Below are positions 8,822 through 17,355 of a stretch of DNA of 64,000 bases, piece by piece. Every line of letters starts with the position of its first letter. Position 1 is the first letter of the stretch. Both the position numbers and the translations under genes were made by a program. This DNA is from Acidimicrobiales bacterium. GTDB taxonomy: Bacteria > Actinomycetota > Acidimicrobiia > Acidimicrobiales > SZUA-35. The notes below the pieces were generated by a model. The model was given only the letters and a program-made list of their open reading frames with translations. It did no database searches and was not told the origin of the DNA. The stretch lies in NCBI GenBank assembly GCA_024638815.1, contig JAHEJM010000010.1, positions 939 to 64,938 of the forward strand. Direction: 5' to 3'.

Positions 8822-9262
8822 ATGGTTCGCAGCGCAGCATCGACGGTCGAGGAGTATCTGGCCGATCTGCCCGACGACCGGCGAGACGCCATCGCCGAGG
8901 TGCGTGAGGTGATCCTGGCCAACCTGCCCGATGGCTACGAGGAGAGCATGAACTGGGGCATGATCTGCTATGAGACCCCGCTCGAACGGTGCCCCGACAC
9001 CTACAACGGCAAGCCGCTGATGTACGCCGCTCTGGCGTCGCAGAAGAACTACATGGCGGTGTACTTGACCGGGGTCTGGGTCAAGGATGGTGCCGCCGAT
9101 CGATTCGTCGAGCGCTACCGGGCCTCAGGCAAGAAGCTGGACATGGGCAAGTCATGTGTTCGGTTCAAGACAATCGATCAACTACCGTTGGATCTTCTTG
9201 CCGAGACCATCGCCGAAATCTCGGTCGACGAGTTGATCGAGTGCTACCAGGGAAGTCGATAG
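8822..9262 (+). CDS. DUF1801 domain protein
   Basis: STVEEYLADLPDDRRDAIAEVREVILANLPDGYEESMNWGMICYE matches the YdhG/DUF1801 N-terminal pattern. Confidence 0.7.
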   Translation: MVRSAASTVEEYLADLPDDRRDAIAEVREVILANLPDGYEESMNWGMICYETPLERCPDTYNGKPLMYAALASQKNYMAVYLTGVWVKDGAADRFVERYRASGKKLDMGKSCVRFKTIDQLPLDLLAETIAEISVDELIECYQGSR

Positions 9263-9300
9263 GTGACATCCGTTTCCGATCGGGCCCATGAGGCCTGGCG

Positions 9301-9774
9301 GTGACCGTCGAGCCCCAAACCGGGGCCGAGGTCGACGCGAGCTGGATGGCGGTTGCCCTGGATGAGGCAGCGGCTGCCCCAGCCCACGGTGACGTGCCGG
9401 TTGGGGCCGTTGTGGTGCGGGGCGACGAGGTGCTGGCCCGCCGGCACAACGAACGGGAACTGACCGGTGATCCCACGGCCCATGCCGAGGTGTTGGCCAT
9501 GCGCGATGCGGCTGCGGCCCTGGGGTCGTGGCGTCTGGACGGCTGCACCCTTTACGTCACCCTCGAGCCCTGCCTGATGTGCGGGGGCGCAGCCCTAAGC
9601 GCCAGGCTGCCCCGGCTGGTCTACGGGGCTCCCGATCCCCAGGCCGGCGCCTGTCTCAGTTTGTACAACATCTGTGACGATCCCCGGCTCAACCATGCCA
9701 TCGATCTGTGGTCGGGAGTGGAAGCCGAAGCCTGCGGCCGGCTGCTGTCGGACTTCTTCGCTCGGCGGCGCTGA
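9301..9774 (+). CDS. tadA: tRNA-specific adenosine deaminase
   Basis: Cytidine/deoxycytidylate deaminase zinc motifs HAEVLAMRDA and TLEPCLMCGGA. It lies directly upstream of a tRNA-Ser gene, an arrangement I recall as common in actinobacteria. Confidence 0.9.
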   Translation: MTVEPQTGAEVDASWMAVALDEAAAAPAHGDVPVGAVVVRGDEVLARRHNERELTGDPTAHAEVLAMRDAAAALGSWRLDGCTLYVTLEPCLMCGGAALSARLPRLVYGAPDPQAGACLSLYNICDDPRLNHAIDLWSGVEAEACGRLLSDFFARRR

Positions 9775-9830
9775 GACAACGATTTCAAATCCCGTCGGTT
9801 CCCGACTCGTGGTGCGGTAGTCTCGATTCC

Positions 9831-9918
9831 GGAAGGTTGCCAGAGCGGACGAATGGGGCGGCCTCGAAAGCCGTTGTGGCCCTTTGGGTCACCGTGGGTT
9901 CGAATCCCACACCTTCCG
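9831..9918 (+). tRNA. tRNA-Ser (anticodon CGA)
   Basis: Folded by hand. Acceptor GGAAGGT/ACCTTCC. Anticodon stem GCGGC/GCCGT with loop CTCGAAA. Long variable arm. T arm GTGGG-TTCGAAT-CCCAC. Discriminator G. CCA is not encoded. Confidence 0.9.
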
Positions 9919-9949
9919 CGCCGGGCCTGACGGAGCAGCCCCTAACGGA

Positions 9950-9973
9950 GTTCGGCCCCTGAGGGGCCCGAAC
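9950..9973 (+). terminator. Stem-loop downstream of tRNA-Ser
   Basis: GTTCGGCCCC-TGA-GGGGCCCGAAC forms a G+C-rich hairpin with one bulge. There is no U-tail. Confidence 0.45.
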
Positions 9974-10179
9974 GTCCCTGGCTGCCAAATTGGTCCTATG
10001 GGTTCGTATCTACTTACATCAGGATTGCGTCCACGGTTGAGTGTTGATTCCGTGGGGCCGGACTTGTTGTTGGAGCGCGGGCTGACGCGCAGCCATAGGG
10101 CCACCAGGACCTTTGGCCCTGGGGTCGTCACCGCACCTGTGCCCACAATGACAGTGCGGGCGGATCAGGGGCTGGAGCC

Positions 10180-10461
10180 ATGGACACCGACACCTTGAAC
10201 ACGGACACTTCCCGTGAGAAGCGAGCCCGGGAACGGGCCAAATCACTGGTCGACCTCATTTGGCATCTCGGCGTCTTCGTAATCGTCAACGCCTTTGTCT
10301 GGCTGCAGGACTACTTCACCGGCGGCGGGATCAGCTGGGCGTACTGGGTCACCATCCCGTGGGGTATGGGCCTGGCCCTTCACGGGCTCGCCCACGTCAT
10401 GCAGGGCCGACTCGGAGACCTCGAAGACCGCAAGACCAAGGAATATATGGGCAAGTCGTAG
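10180..10461 (+). CDS. 2TM domain-containing membrane protein
   Basis: 93 aa. A basic N-terminus is followed by two TM helices (LIWHLGVFVIVNAFVWL and WAYWVTIPWGMGLALHGLAHV), as in the 2TM family. Confidence 0.65.
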   Translation: MDTDTLNTDTSREKRARERAKSLVDLIWHLGVFVIVNAFVWLQDYFTGGGISWAYWVTIPWGMGLALHGLAHVMQGRLGDLEDRKTKEYMGKS

Positions 10462-10570
10462 CCGACTTACGCATCGATAGCGCCACCGCCGCTGCTGGGC
10501 GGGCCGCCGGCCTGGCTGTTGACATGGGTGGCGAGACGATGGGCCACTCGGCGTCGGCTATGGTCCTGAC

Positions 10571-11038
10571 ATGACGGAAGGTGGCAGCGATTCCCCCGAA
10601 GGACAACTGTGGTTACTGGCCGACCGCCGCCCTCAGGGGGTCGACGACGACACCGTGTCCGCGCTGGGCAAATTGGGCGAGGCACTGGAATGGGTGGAAC
10701 GGGCCCGGGGTCGGCTCTACGACTTTCACCAGATGAGCGGCCGCGCCGATCTCCTGCTCGGGGAGGCGGTGGACGAACTGGCGGAAGCCGGTCACCGGGA
10801 GCTGGCCCAACAGTTGCAGGCGGAGCTCGTCGGGCGCAATGTCCTCGAGGGACGATGGACGTTCCAGATCGTGGAGGAATACGACGCCACGTATTGGACC
10901 GTGCTTCGAGACTCCCATCAGCGGGCTCTGGATCTGCTGGTTGAAGGCCGTCATCACGTCTATGAGTCCGAGATGAAGGAACATCGGCGAACTCACGGTC
11001 GGCGACATCATGAGCAGCGACCCGAGCCCGGCCGGTAG
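10571..11038 (+). CDS. Conserved hypothetical protein
   Basis: Codon usage in this frame looks coding, and the protein is helical and acidic with a basic tail. It overlaps the ligase start by 29 nt. I recognise no motif. Confidence 0.55.
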   Translation: MTEGGSDSPEGQLWLLADRRPQGVDDDTVSALGKLGEALEWVERARGRLYDFHQMSGRADLLLGEAVDELAEAGHRELAQQLQAELVGRNVLEGRWTFQIVEEYDATYWTVLRDSHQRALDLLVEGRHHVYESEMKEHRRTHGRRHHEQRPEPGR

Positions 11039-12692
11039 CGCCGACGATCCGACCTGCAACGGCGGCAACCGTGGCGACGCCCCGGGTACGTCGTTGGGTC
11101 TTCTGGCGGCCGTCACCGAACAGGTTCGCCGCACCTCCAGTCGCAAGGAGAAGACCGAACACCTGGCTCGGCTGCTCGGTCGGTTGCATCCCACCGAGAT
11201 CGAGCCCGCCATCGGGTTCCTGCTGGCCAGGCCCCGGCAAGGGGCCATTGGTGTGGGCTGGGCCACGGTGGCCGGACTGGATGAGTCATCCGGCGCCGAG
11301 GCCGCAACCGAGCCGTCGGCCGACCCCCCGACGGTGCTCGGACTCGATCGCCTCCTCACCACGGTGATGCACGCCACCGGATCGGGCTCGGCCGCAGCCC
11401 GGGCCGAGCTGCTCAACCGCTTCCTGGCCCGCTGCGACGCCGGCGAGGTCGATTTCGTCAAACGGGTGCTGGTGGGGGAAGCCCGTCAGGGAGCACTGGC
11501 CGGGGTGATCACCGACGCCGCGGCGAAGGCCATCGGTGCCAAGGCGCCGATCATGCGTCGAGCCGTCATGTTGCAGGGCGACCTTGGACAGGCGGCCCGA
11601 ATCGGCCTGGTCGACGGACCCGAGGCGCTGGCCGCCATCGACCTGGAGGTCCAGCGACCGATCCTGCCGATGTTGGCCTCCACGGCCTCCGATGTGGCCG
11701 ACGCCTTGGACGCCACCGGCGTGGCCTCGGTGGAGTGGAAGTTCGATGGGGCCCGTATTCAGGTCCACCTGAACGCCGGCGAGGTGGCCATCTACACCCG
11801 CAATCTCAACCCGGTCACCGACCGTCTCGGCCTGGTCCGAGACGTCGTCGCTCGGCTGCGGTGCCGGTCGGCCGTGCTCGATGGAGAAGTGCTCGGCTTT
11901 TTCAGCGACGGTACCGACGTTTCGGACGGCGACCGGGCCGACGTCGACGAGCGGCGCAGCGAGCTGCCCAACGCCTTCCAGGACACCATGAGCGCCTTCG
12001 GCACCCGGGCTCCGGGTCATGGTCACGGACTGCGCCCCTACTTCTTCGACCTCATGTATCTTGACGGGGAGAGCCTCATCGACCTACCACTGGCCGAACG
12101 GGCCGAGGCGCTGAGGGAGCTGTTTGAGTCCAGTGGCGTAGCGGACTGCCTGATCCCACGGGTCGCCACCGCCGATGTCGCCGAGGCCGAAGCCCAGCTG
12201 GCCGCCGCCCTGGACGCCGGTCATGAAGGGGTCATGGTCAAGGCCGTCGACAGCACCTACGAGGCCGGGCGACGGGGCAAGTCATGGCGCAAGGTCAAGC
12301 CGGTTCACACTCTGGACCTCGTGGTCCTGGGGGCCGAATGGGGAAGCGGCCGCCGTCGGGGTTGGTTGTCCAACCTCCATCTCGGCGCCCGGGACCCTGA
12401 AACCGGCGGGTTCGTCATGGTTGGCAAGACCTTCAAGGGTCTGACCGACGAGTTGCTGGCGTGGCAGACCGAACGCTTCCTCGAACTGCAGCAGGACGAG
12501 CACCGCCGACCCGGTCGTCACGTGGTGATGATTCGGCCCGAGCTGGTGGTCGAGATCGCCCTCGACGGAGTGCAGACATCCACCCGCTACCCCGGCGGGG
12601 TTGCCTTGCGCTTCGCTCGGGTCCGCCGCTACCGGGACGACAAGGATCCGAACGAGGCCGACACCATCGACGCCGTCCGGGCGCTGCGCTGA
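11010..12692 (+). CDS. lig: ATP-dependent DNA ligase (three-domain Lig1/LigB type)
   Basis: Adenylation motif I EWKFDGARIQVH, plus motifs LDGEVL, FFDLMYLDGE, EGVMVKA and WRKVKP. An OB-fold C-terminus follows. The start codon is uncertain. Confidence 0.85.
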   Translation: MSSDPSPAGSADDPTCNGGNRGDAPGTSLGLLAAVTEQVRRTSSRKEKTEHLARLLGRLHPTEIEPAIGFLLARPRQGAIGVGWATVAGLDESSGAEAATEPSADPPTVLGLDRLLTTVMHATGSGSAAARAELLNRFLARCDAGEVDFVKRVLVGEARQGALAGVITDAAAKAIGAKAPIMRRAVMLQGDLGQAARIGLVDGPEALAAIDLEVQRPILPMLASTASDVADALDATGVASVEWKFDGARIQVHLNAGEVAIYTRNLNPVTDRLGLVRDVVARLRCRSAVLDGEVLGFFSDGTDVSDGDRADVDERRSELPNAFQDTMSAFGTRAPGHGHGLRPYFFDLMYLDGESLIDLPLAERAEALRELFESSGVADCLIPRVATADVAEAEAQLAAALDAGHEGVMVKAVDSTYEAGRRGKSWRKVKPVHTLDLVVLGAEWGSGRRRGWLSNLHLGARDPETGGFVMVGKTFKGLTDELLAWQTERFLELQQDEHRRPGRHVVMIRPELVVEIALDGVQTSTRYPGGVALRFARVRRYRDDKDPNEADTIDAVRALR

Positions 12693-12719
12693 CCGAGGTC
12701 GAAGGGCAAAGGGGATCGG

Positions 12720-13601
12720 TTATGACACCGCCAGTACTTCGCGGATGGCGTTGACGCAGGCGTCCGGCGCATCCTCCTGGATGAAATGGCCGGCGTCGCT
12801 GAGCTCGACACAGCCGGCGTCGGGGAACTGTCGACGCCACCGGGCGATGGTGGCGGCGTTGGCCAGGGCAGGGTCCTTCTTGCCGAACAACAACGATGCC
12901 GGCTTGGCTCGCAGGGTCTCCGCCACTCGCTTTTCCACGTCGCCGAGCCACGGACGGGACCCGACGATCTCCTTCGGGAACACGGCAATGCCCTCCCTCG
13001 ACTCGGGTGTGGGCACGACGTCGGTGTAGTGGGCCAGTTCCCGGTCCGAGAGCTTCACCTGCAGGCTGCGCCTCATGACCACGGTGACGAAGAGGTTGCG
13101 ATGCTTGATCAACCACTGCAAGGGTGGACTGCCCATCGTCTTGCTGAACACGGTGGTCAGACGGTCATCGCCGGGCCAGAACCAGGTGTTCCCCATAACC
13201 AGGCCCTTGACCCTGTCGGGCACACGCGACGCCACATCCATGCCGATGGGCCCTCCCCAGTCCTGACCCATGACCACCATGTCGGTCAGATCCAGGTGTT
13301 CGACGAGCTCGAGCACAACGTCGGCATGTTCGGCCGGGGTAAAGCCGTAGCCGTCGGGATGGGTGGACAAACCGAACCCGGGGTAGTCGGGGGCCACACA
13401 GCGCACCCCCGGACCCAGGGCGGTGATGATCTTCCGGTAGAGGAAGCTCCAGTCCGGGTTGCCGTGCAGGAGCAGCACGCTCGGTCCCTCGCCCTCGTCG
13501 ATGTAGTGCACGGGTCCGACCCTGCTGTCGAACCAGCGCGATTCGAATGGATACAGGGCGGGGTCGGGAGTGAAATCCACGATTCCTTGGGGACGCTCCA
13601 T
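12720..13601 (-). CDS. Haloalkane dehalogenase-like alpha/beta hydrolase (HLD-I-like)
   Basis: LLLHGNPDWSFLYRKII and the nucleophile segment GQDWGGPIG resemble DhlA/DhmA-type dehalogenases. The C-terminal DAGHFIQED carries the catalytic His. Confidence 0.7.
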   Translation of the reverse strand: MERPQGIVDFTPDPALYPFESRWFDSRVGPVHYIDEGEGPSVLLLHGNPDWSFLYRKIITALGPGVRCVAPDYPGFGLSTHPDGYGFTPAEHADVVLELVEHLDLTDMVVMGQDWGGPIGMDVASRVPDRVKGLVMGNTWFWPGDDRLTTVFSKTMGSPPLQWLIKHRNLFVTVVMRRSLQVKLSDRELAHYTDVVPTPESREGIAVFPKEIVGSRPWLGDVEKRVAETLRAKPASLLFGKKDPALANAATIARWRRQFPDAGCVELSDAGHFIQEDAPDACVNAIREVLAVS

Positions 13602-13670
13602 GAGTCTTCTCCTCAGACGGATGGCTGGATGTGACGGCGGGGCGGACAGGGCCTGTGCCGTCGCTCCGCT

Positions 13671-14459
13671 CTAGCTGGAAGCCGGCTGCATGAGCGAGAA
13701 CGAGCCGCCGTGAGGGTCGTGCACGATGGCGATGTGGCCCACGCCGGGGAACTCCATCGGCTCCTGCACCACCTGGCCGCCGGCCGCCTTGACCTTCTCG
13801 ATGGTGGCGGCGACATCGCTGACGCTGAAGTACACGGCCCAGTGGTTGGGCACCTGCTCCGGCATTCCCGGTGCCATGGACATCAGCCCGCCGAGACCGC
13901 CGTGGTCACCGCCCCGGATGACGTAGTACGCACCCATCGGCATGTCCTGGACGTCGTACTCCCAACCGAACACCCTCGAGTAGAACTCCCGGGCGGTGTC
14001 GACATCCCGGGTCACCAGCTCGTTCCAGCTCCAGGTATCGGGCTCGTTGGCCACGCCGGCGCCGATATGCTCATTGGGCTGCCACACCGACACGACGGCG
14101 CCGGTGGGGTCGGACAGAATGGCCATGTGGCCTGCATCCATGACCCCCATGGCCGGCATCATCACCGAGCCGCCGGCCTCCTGGGCCGCCGCGACGGCTG
14201 CTTCCGCATCGTCGACACAGATGTAGGTGTTCCAGGTGGCAGGCATTGCTTCCATACCAGGGGGCTGGCCACCCAGGCCGGCCACGATGCGGTCACCCTG
14301 CCAGAACTGGATGTAAATCCGATTACCGTCATCGTCGTGCTCAGGTTCACCCTTCCAGCCGAACACGGATTCATAGAACGCCACCGACGCTTCGGCGTTG
14401 GGGCTCGTGAGATCGACCCAGCACGGTGTCCCGGCCGAGTAGGAGTTGAAGTCGGGCAT
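13671..14459 (-). CDS. VOC family protein, two-domain
   Basis: GTPCWVDLTSPNAEASVAFYESVFGW and WSWNELVTRDVDTAREFYSRVFGW. It is a paralogue-like relative of 7001-7903. The ATG at 14459 is preceded by AAGGACG. Confidence 0.8.
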   Translation of the reverse strand: MPDFNSYSAGTPCWVDLTSPNAEASVAFYESVFGWKGEPEHDDDGNRIYIQFWQGDRIVAGLGGQPPGMEAMPATWNTYICVDDAEAAVAAAQEAGGSVMMPAMGVMDAGHMAILSDPTGAVVSVWQPNEHIGAGVANEPDTWSWNELVTRDVDTAREFYSRVFGWEYDVQDMPMGAYYVIRGGDHGGLGGLMSMAPGMPEQVPNHWAVYFSVSDVAATIEKVKAAGGQVVQEPMEFPGVGHIAIVHDPHGGSFSLMQPASS

Positions 14460-14651
14460 CGCAGTCGTCCTTTGTGACCAGTCTTTTGGACGGTTGTCTT
14501 TTGGATCCGGATCGCGAATGGTAGCACCGATGCCGGGCACCGGTCATCGGGATCCGGCGTCGGCAACGGTATTGGTGAAACGGTGTTGGGGGTGGAACCG
14601 GAGTTGGAGCGCCGGTGGACTCAAAACCGACGGACCTGGTGTCGGGTGATC

Positions 14652-15110
14652 TCAGCGCTGATCAGACGACAGCGATCGATTCAGGCTTCTCATTCCCATT
14701 CGGAAGCCAAGGGCTCCGGCTCGGCCCACAACCGAGCTGAGGAACCGGGGGATGATGGGCACGGTGACATCTTCGAACCACTCCACTCGTGATCCCGTAC
14801 CGTTGGCCTCAACGGTGAAACCGGCTCGGCCTCGCAGAATCGGACCGAGCTTCTCCACTTCGCATTCTCCCGAGGACGAGTCGTCCAGCCACTGGCACCG
14901 GGAGACCCGCATGCGGTCCTCGAGTGACAGCGGCCCGATCCCGGTCCAGGCGGTGAAGGTCGAACCCACGGCCGTCGGATCATCACCGTCGACCTCAACC
15001 CGCGTAGCCGGGATCCACTCCTCATGCCCTTTCCAGTCGACGAGCTCGTTCCACACCACACGTGGTGGGGCATCAAAATGAACGGTCACGGCGAACTGGA
15101 CTGGGGTCAT
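14652..15110 (-). CDS. SRPBCC (polyketide cyclase/dehydrase-like) family protein
   Basis: VHFDAPPRVVWNELVDWKGHEEWIP is a typical SRPBCC N-terminal motif. The size is about 150 aa. Confidence 0.7.
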   Translation of the reverse strand: MTPVQFAVTVHFDAPPRVVWNELVDWKGHEEWIPATRVEVDGDDPTAVGSTFTAWTGIGPLSLEDRMRVSRCQWLDDSSSGECEVEKLGPILRGRAGFTVEANGTGSRVEWFEDVTVPIIPRFLSSVVGRAGALGFRMGMRSLNRSLSSDQR

Positions 15111-15160
15111 ACCAACTCTTCGTCGATCCAGCTTGTTTCGATGCACGGTACGGTTCGTCC

Positions 15161-15583
15161 ATGGGTGAAACATCTCGTACCGTTGGTCGCTGGCTTCTCG
15201 GGCTCTTCCTGTTGACGGCCGGCATCGGCCACCTCAGCGTGCAGCGCAGCGAGTTCCAAGCCCAGGTGCCGGACTGGTTCCCCCTCGACGCCGATTTCGT
15301 GGTTGTGGTCTCGGGCCTGGTCGAGATCGCGCTCGGCTTGGCCCTGCTCTTCGTCATCCGCCATCGACCGCTGGTGGGCTGGGTGGTTGCCGCCTTCTTC
15401 GTTGTCATCTTCCCCGGCAACATCGCCCAATACGTGGAGGGCACCAACGCCTTCGGGCTCGACACCGACCGTGAGCGCCTGATCCGCCTCTTCTTCCAGC
15501 CGGTGCTGATCGCCTGGGCCCTGTGGTCGACCGGAGCGTGGCAGGCCTGGCGATCAGGCCGGACCGGTCGTAGCCGAGGATAG
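15161..15583 (+). CDS. DoxX-like integral membrane protein
   Basis: Four hydrophobic helices. The first, WLLGLFLLTAGIGHL, resembles the DoxX-type first helix. The gene is divergent from the SRPBCC gene. Confidence 0.55.
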   Translation: MGETSRTVGRWLLGLFLLTAGIGHLSVQRSEFQAQVPDWFPLDADFVVVVSGLVEIALGLALLFVIRHRPLVGWVVAAFFVVIFPGNIAQYVEGTNAFGLDTDRERLIRLFFQPVLIAWALWSTGAWQAWRSGRTGRSRG

Positions 15584-15821
15584 GGCAGCAACGGGGGCCA
15601 TGATTCTTCGTGGGCTGTCGGGCCCGACCCGTTGGCAGTTCCACCTATTCAGGACCTTGGACGTTCTGGCCATGGGCGCACCGTGGAAATTCGGCTGAAC
15701 AACTGACAACGCCCACATCTGCATCGGGGCCGGCGGTGGTGACGACCATCGGCCCCTCGCGCGTTCCGGCGAACGTCTCAAGAGCACCAGGCCCACTGCC
15801 GATGGCTAGTCGGGTTCCTGC

Positions 15822-16214
15822 TTGAGGACGAGAATGATCGCTGCCATTCACAGAGTCGTGCGCAGTCATCGTCTGGCTTTGTTGATCGTCACGATCACTG
15901 CCGGCGCCGTACTTCTCATCGAATCGTTCCGAGCCCTCAACGGCACACCCTTCTACGGCGACCATCCCACCGTCTATCTGGTGTTCGTCGTGCTGCTGCT
16001 GGTCACCGAGCTTCGGCCGATGCCGTCACTGACCGACGACACCGAACTCACGGCTTCCTGGGCGCTCGACATTCTGCGAGCACTGGGATGTGACGAAGTG
16101 CAGGGCTTTCTCCTGGGCCGGCCCCAACCGGCCGATGCGGTGGAATCGCTGCTCCGAGTAGGCGGAATCGATCTGACGACGGTCCCGGGCGGAGCGGCGG
16201 TGCCGGCCCGATGA
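15822..16214 (+). CDS. Membrane protein carrying only the extreme C-terminal remnant of an EAL domain
   Basis: Two N-terminal TM helices are followed by LRALGCDEVQGFLLGRPQPADAV. This matches the last conserved block of EAL phosphodiesterases (G-C-D-x-x-Q-G-[FY]-L-x-x-R-P). The rest of the domain is absent. Confidence 0.5.
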   Translation: MRTRMIAAIHRVVRSHRLALLIVTITAGAVLLIESFRALNGTPFYGDHPTVYLVFVVLLLVTELRPMPSLTDDTELTASWALDILRALGCDEVQGFLLGRPQPADAVESLLRVGGIDLTTVPGGAAVPAR

Positions 16215-17194
16215 TCACCGCCGTCTGCTTCCTGCTGCTCGTGGCCACCGTGCCGCTGCTGGGTGGTCGGTTGAGCCGTCTTGGCCAGATCCGGCTCAAA
16301 GCCTGGTGGACCATCGTCATGGCCCTCTTCATCCAGGTCCTGCTGATAGAGGTCTTCGCCGGCACGCTCGGCGGGGTGTTGGCCGCCATCGCTCATCTGC
16401 TCAGCTATGGCTTCGCCCTCGTGTTCGTCTGGCACAATCGCAAGCTCACCGGTATGGCATTGATGGTCACCGGGGGGCTGCTGAACCTTTCCGCCATCGC
16501 CGCCAATGGCGGGGTCATGCCGGCCGAACGAAGCGCACTGGAAATGGCCGGCATCATCGTCGACTCCCCCGAGTTCGAGAACTCGGCCGTCATCGACGAT
16601 GCTCGGTTGTGGTTTCTCGGCGACATCTTCGCCATCCCCGAGAGTGTGCCGTTCGCCAATGTCTTCAGTATCGGCGACATCGTCCTTGTCCTGGGCGGTG
16701 GCATCACCGTCCATACCGTCGCCCGGTCACGCCTGGGGGTGTTGCTGACCCGGTTGGATCCGTTGAATCGGTTCGAACCGGACCACGACGAACGGGATCA
16801 ACGTATCGCCGAGCTCGAGGGGCAACTCCGTCTGGCTGCTCCCCGTCTCGAGTTGTTGGAGCGGCTCGAAACCATCGCCGACTCCCAGTTCGAGACACCG
16901 GAGGCTGTGGCGCTCCGAGCGGCGATCGATCTGCTCAGGCAGGATGAGCAGCGCCACCGTCGCAAGCTGTCCGCCCTCCAGGCCGAATACGAGAGCCTGC
17001 ACCGACAGCTCAAGGGACTTCGCCACGAGGTCCTGGTCGATTTCGACCGGCGGCTCTCGGCCGTCCTGCCACCACCTCCGGAGCACCGGAAGCCGAATCC
17101 GACCGAACGGCGGAGGGCTCCTGCCGATTTCGAGACCGACTTCGAGTCCGATTTCGAGCGTCACCACGAGGCGTTGCCCACGCCCGGATCCTGA
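16211..17194 (+). CDS. DUF5317-like membrane protein with C-terminal coiled-coil extension
   Basis: The multi-TM N-terminal half contains NLSAIAANGGVMPA. The C-terminal 130 aa is heptad-like and charged. The start overlaps the upstream stop in ATGA (16211-16214). Confidence 0.5.
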   Translation: MITAVCFLLLVATVPLLGGRLSRLGQIRLKAWWTIVMALFIQVLLIEVFAGTLGGVLAAIAHLLSYGFALVFVWHNRKLTGMALMVTGGLLNLSAIAANGGVMPAERSALEMAGIIVDSPEFENSAVIDDARLWFLGDIFAIPESVPFANVFSIGDIVLVLGGGITVHTVARSRLGVLLTRLDPLNRFEPDHDERDQRIAELEGQLRLAAPRLELLERLETIADSQFETPEAVALRAAIDLLRQDEQRHRRKLSALQAEYESLHRQLKGLRHEVLVDFDRRLSAVLPPPPEHRKPNPTERRRAPADFETDFESDFERHHEALPTPGS

Positions 17195-17355
17195 CGGGTT
17201 GGACGAGCCACGCCCTGTCCGGACCGATAGGGCCTCCCCGGCTCTGTTTGGCGGCCAGGCCGAGACGTCCAACCGATTCGAGGTGAGTGGCTGGTGCTTC
17301 CTCCCCTACAATCGCGCCCAGGTTCACCGGTGGTGAGACCGACAGGGAGGTGGCC

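Noticed and set aside
10467-11461. Two long minus-strand ORFs (257 and 282 aa) across the hypothetical gene and the ligase N-terminus.
   Set aside because: They lie antisense to frames with good coding signal and are Pro/Arg/Gly-rich. They are shadow ORFs.
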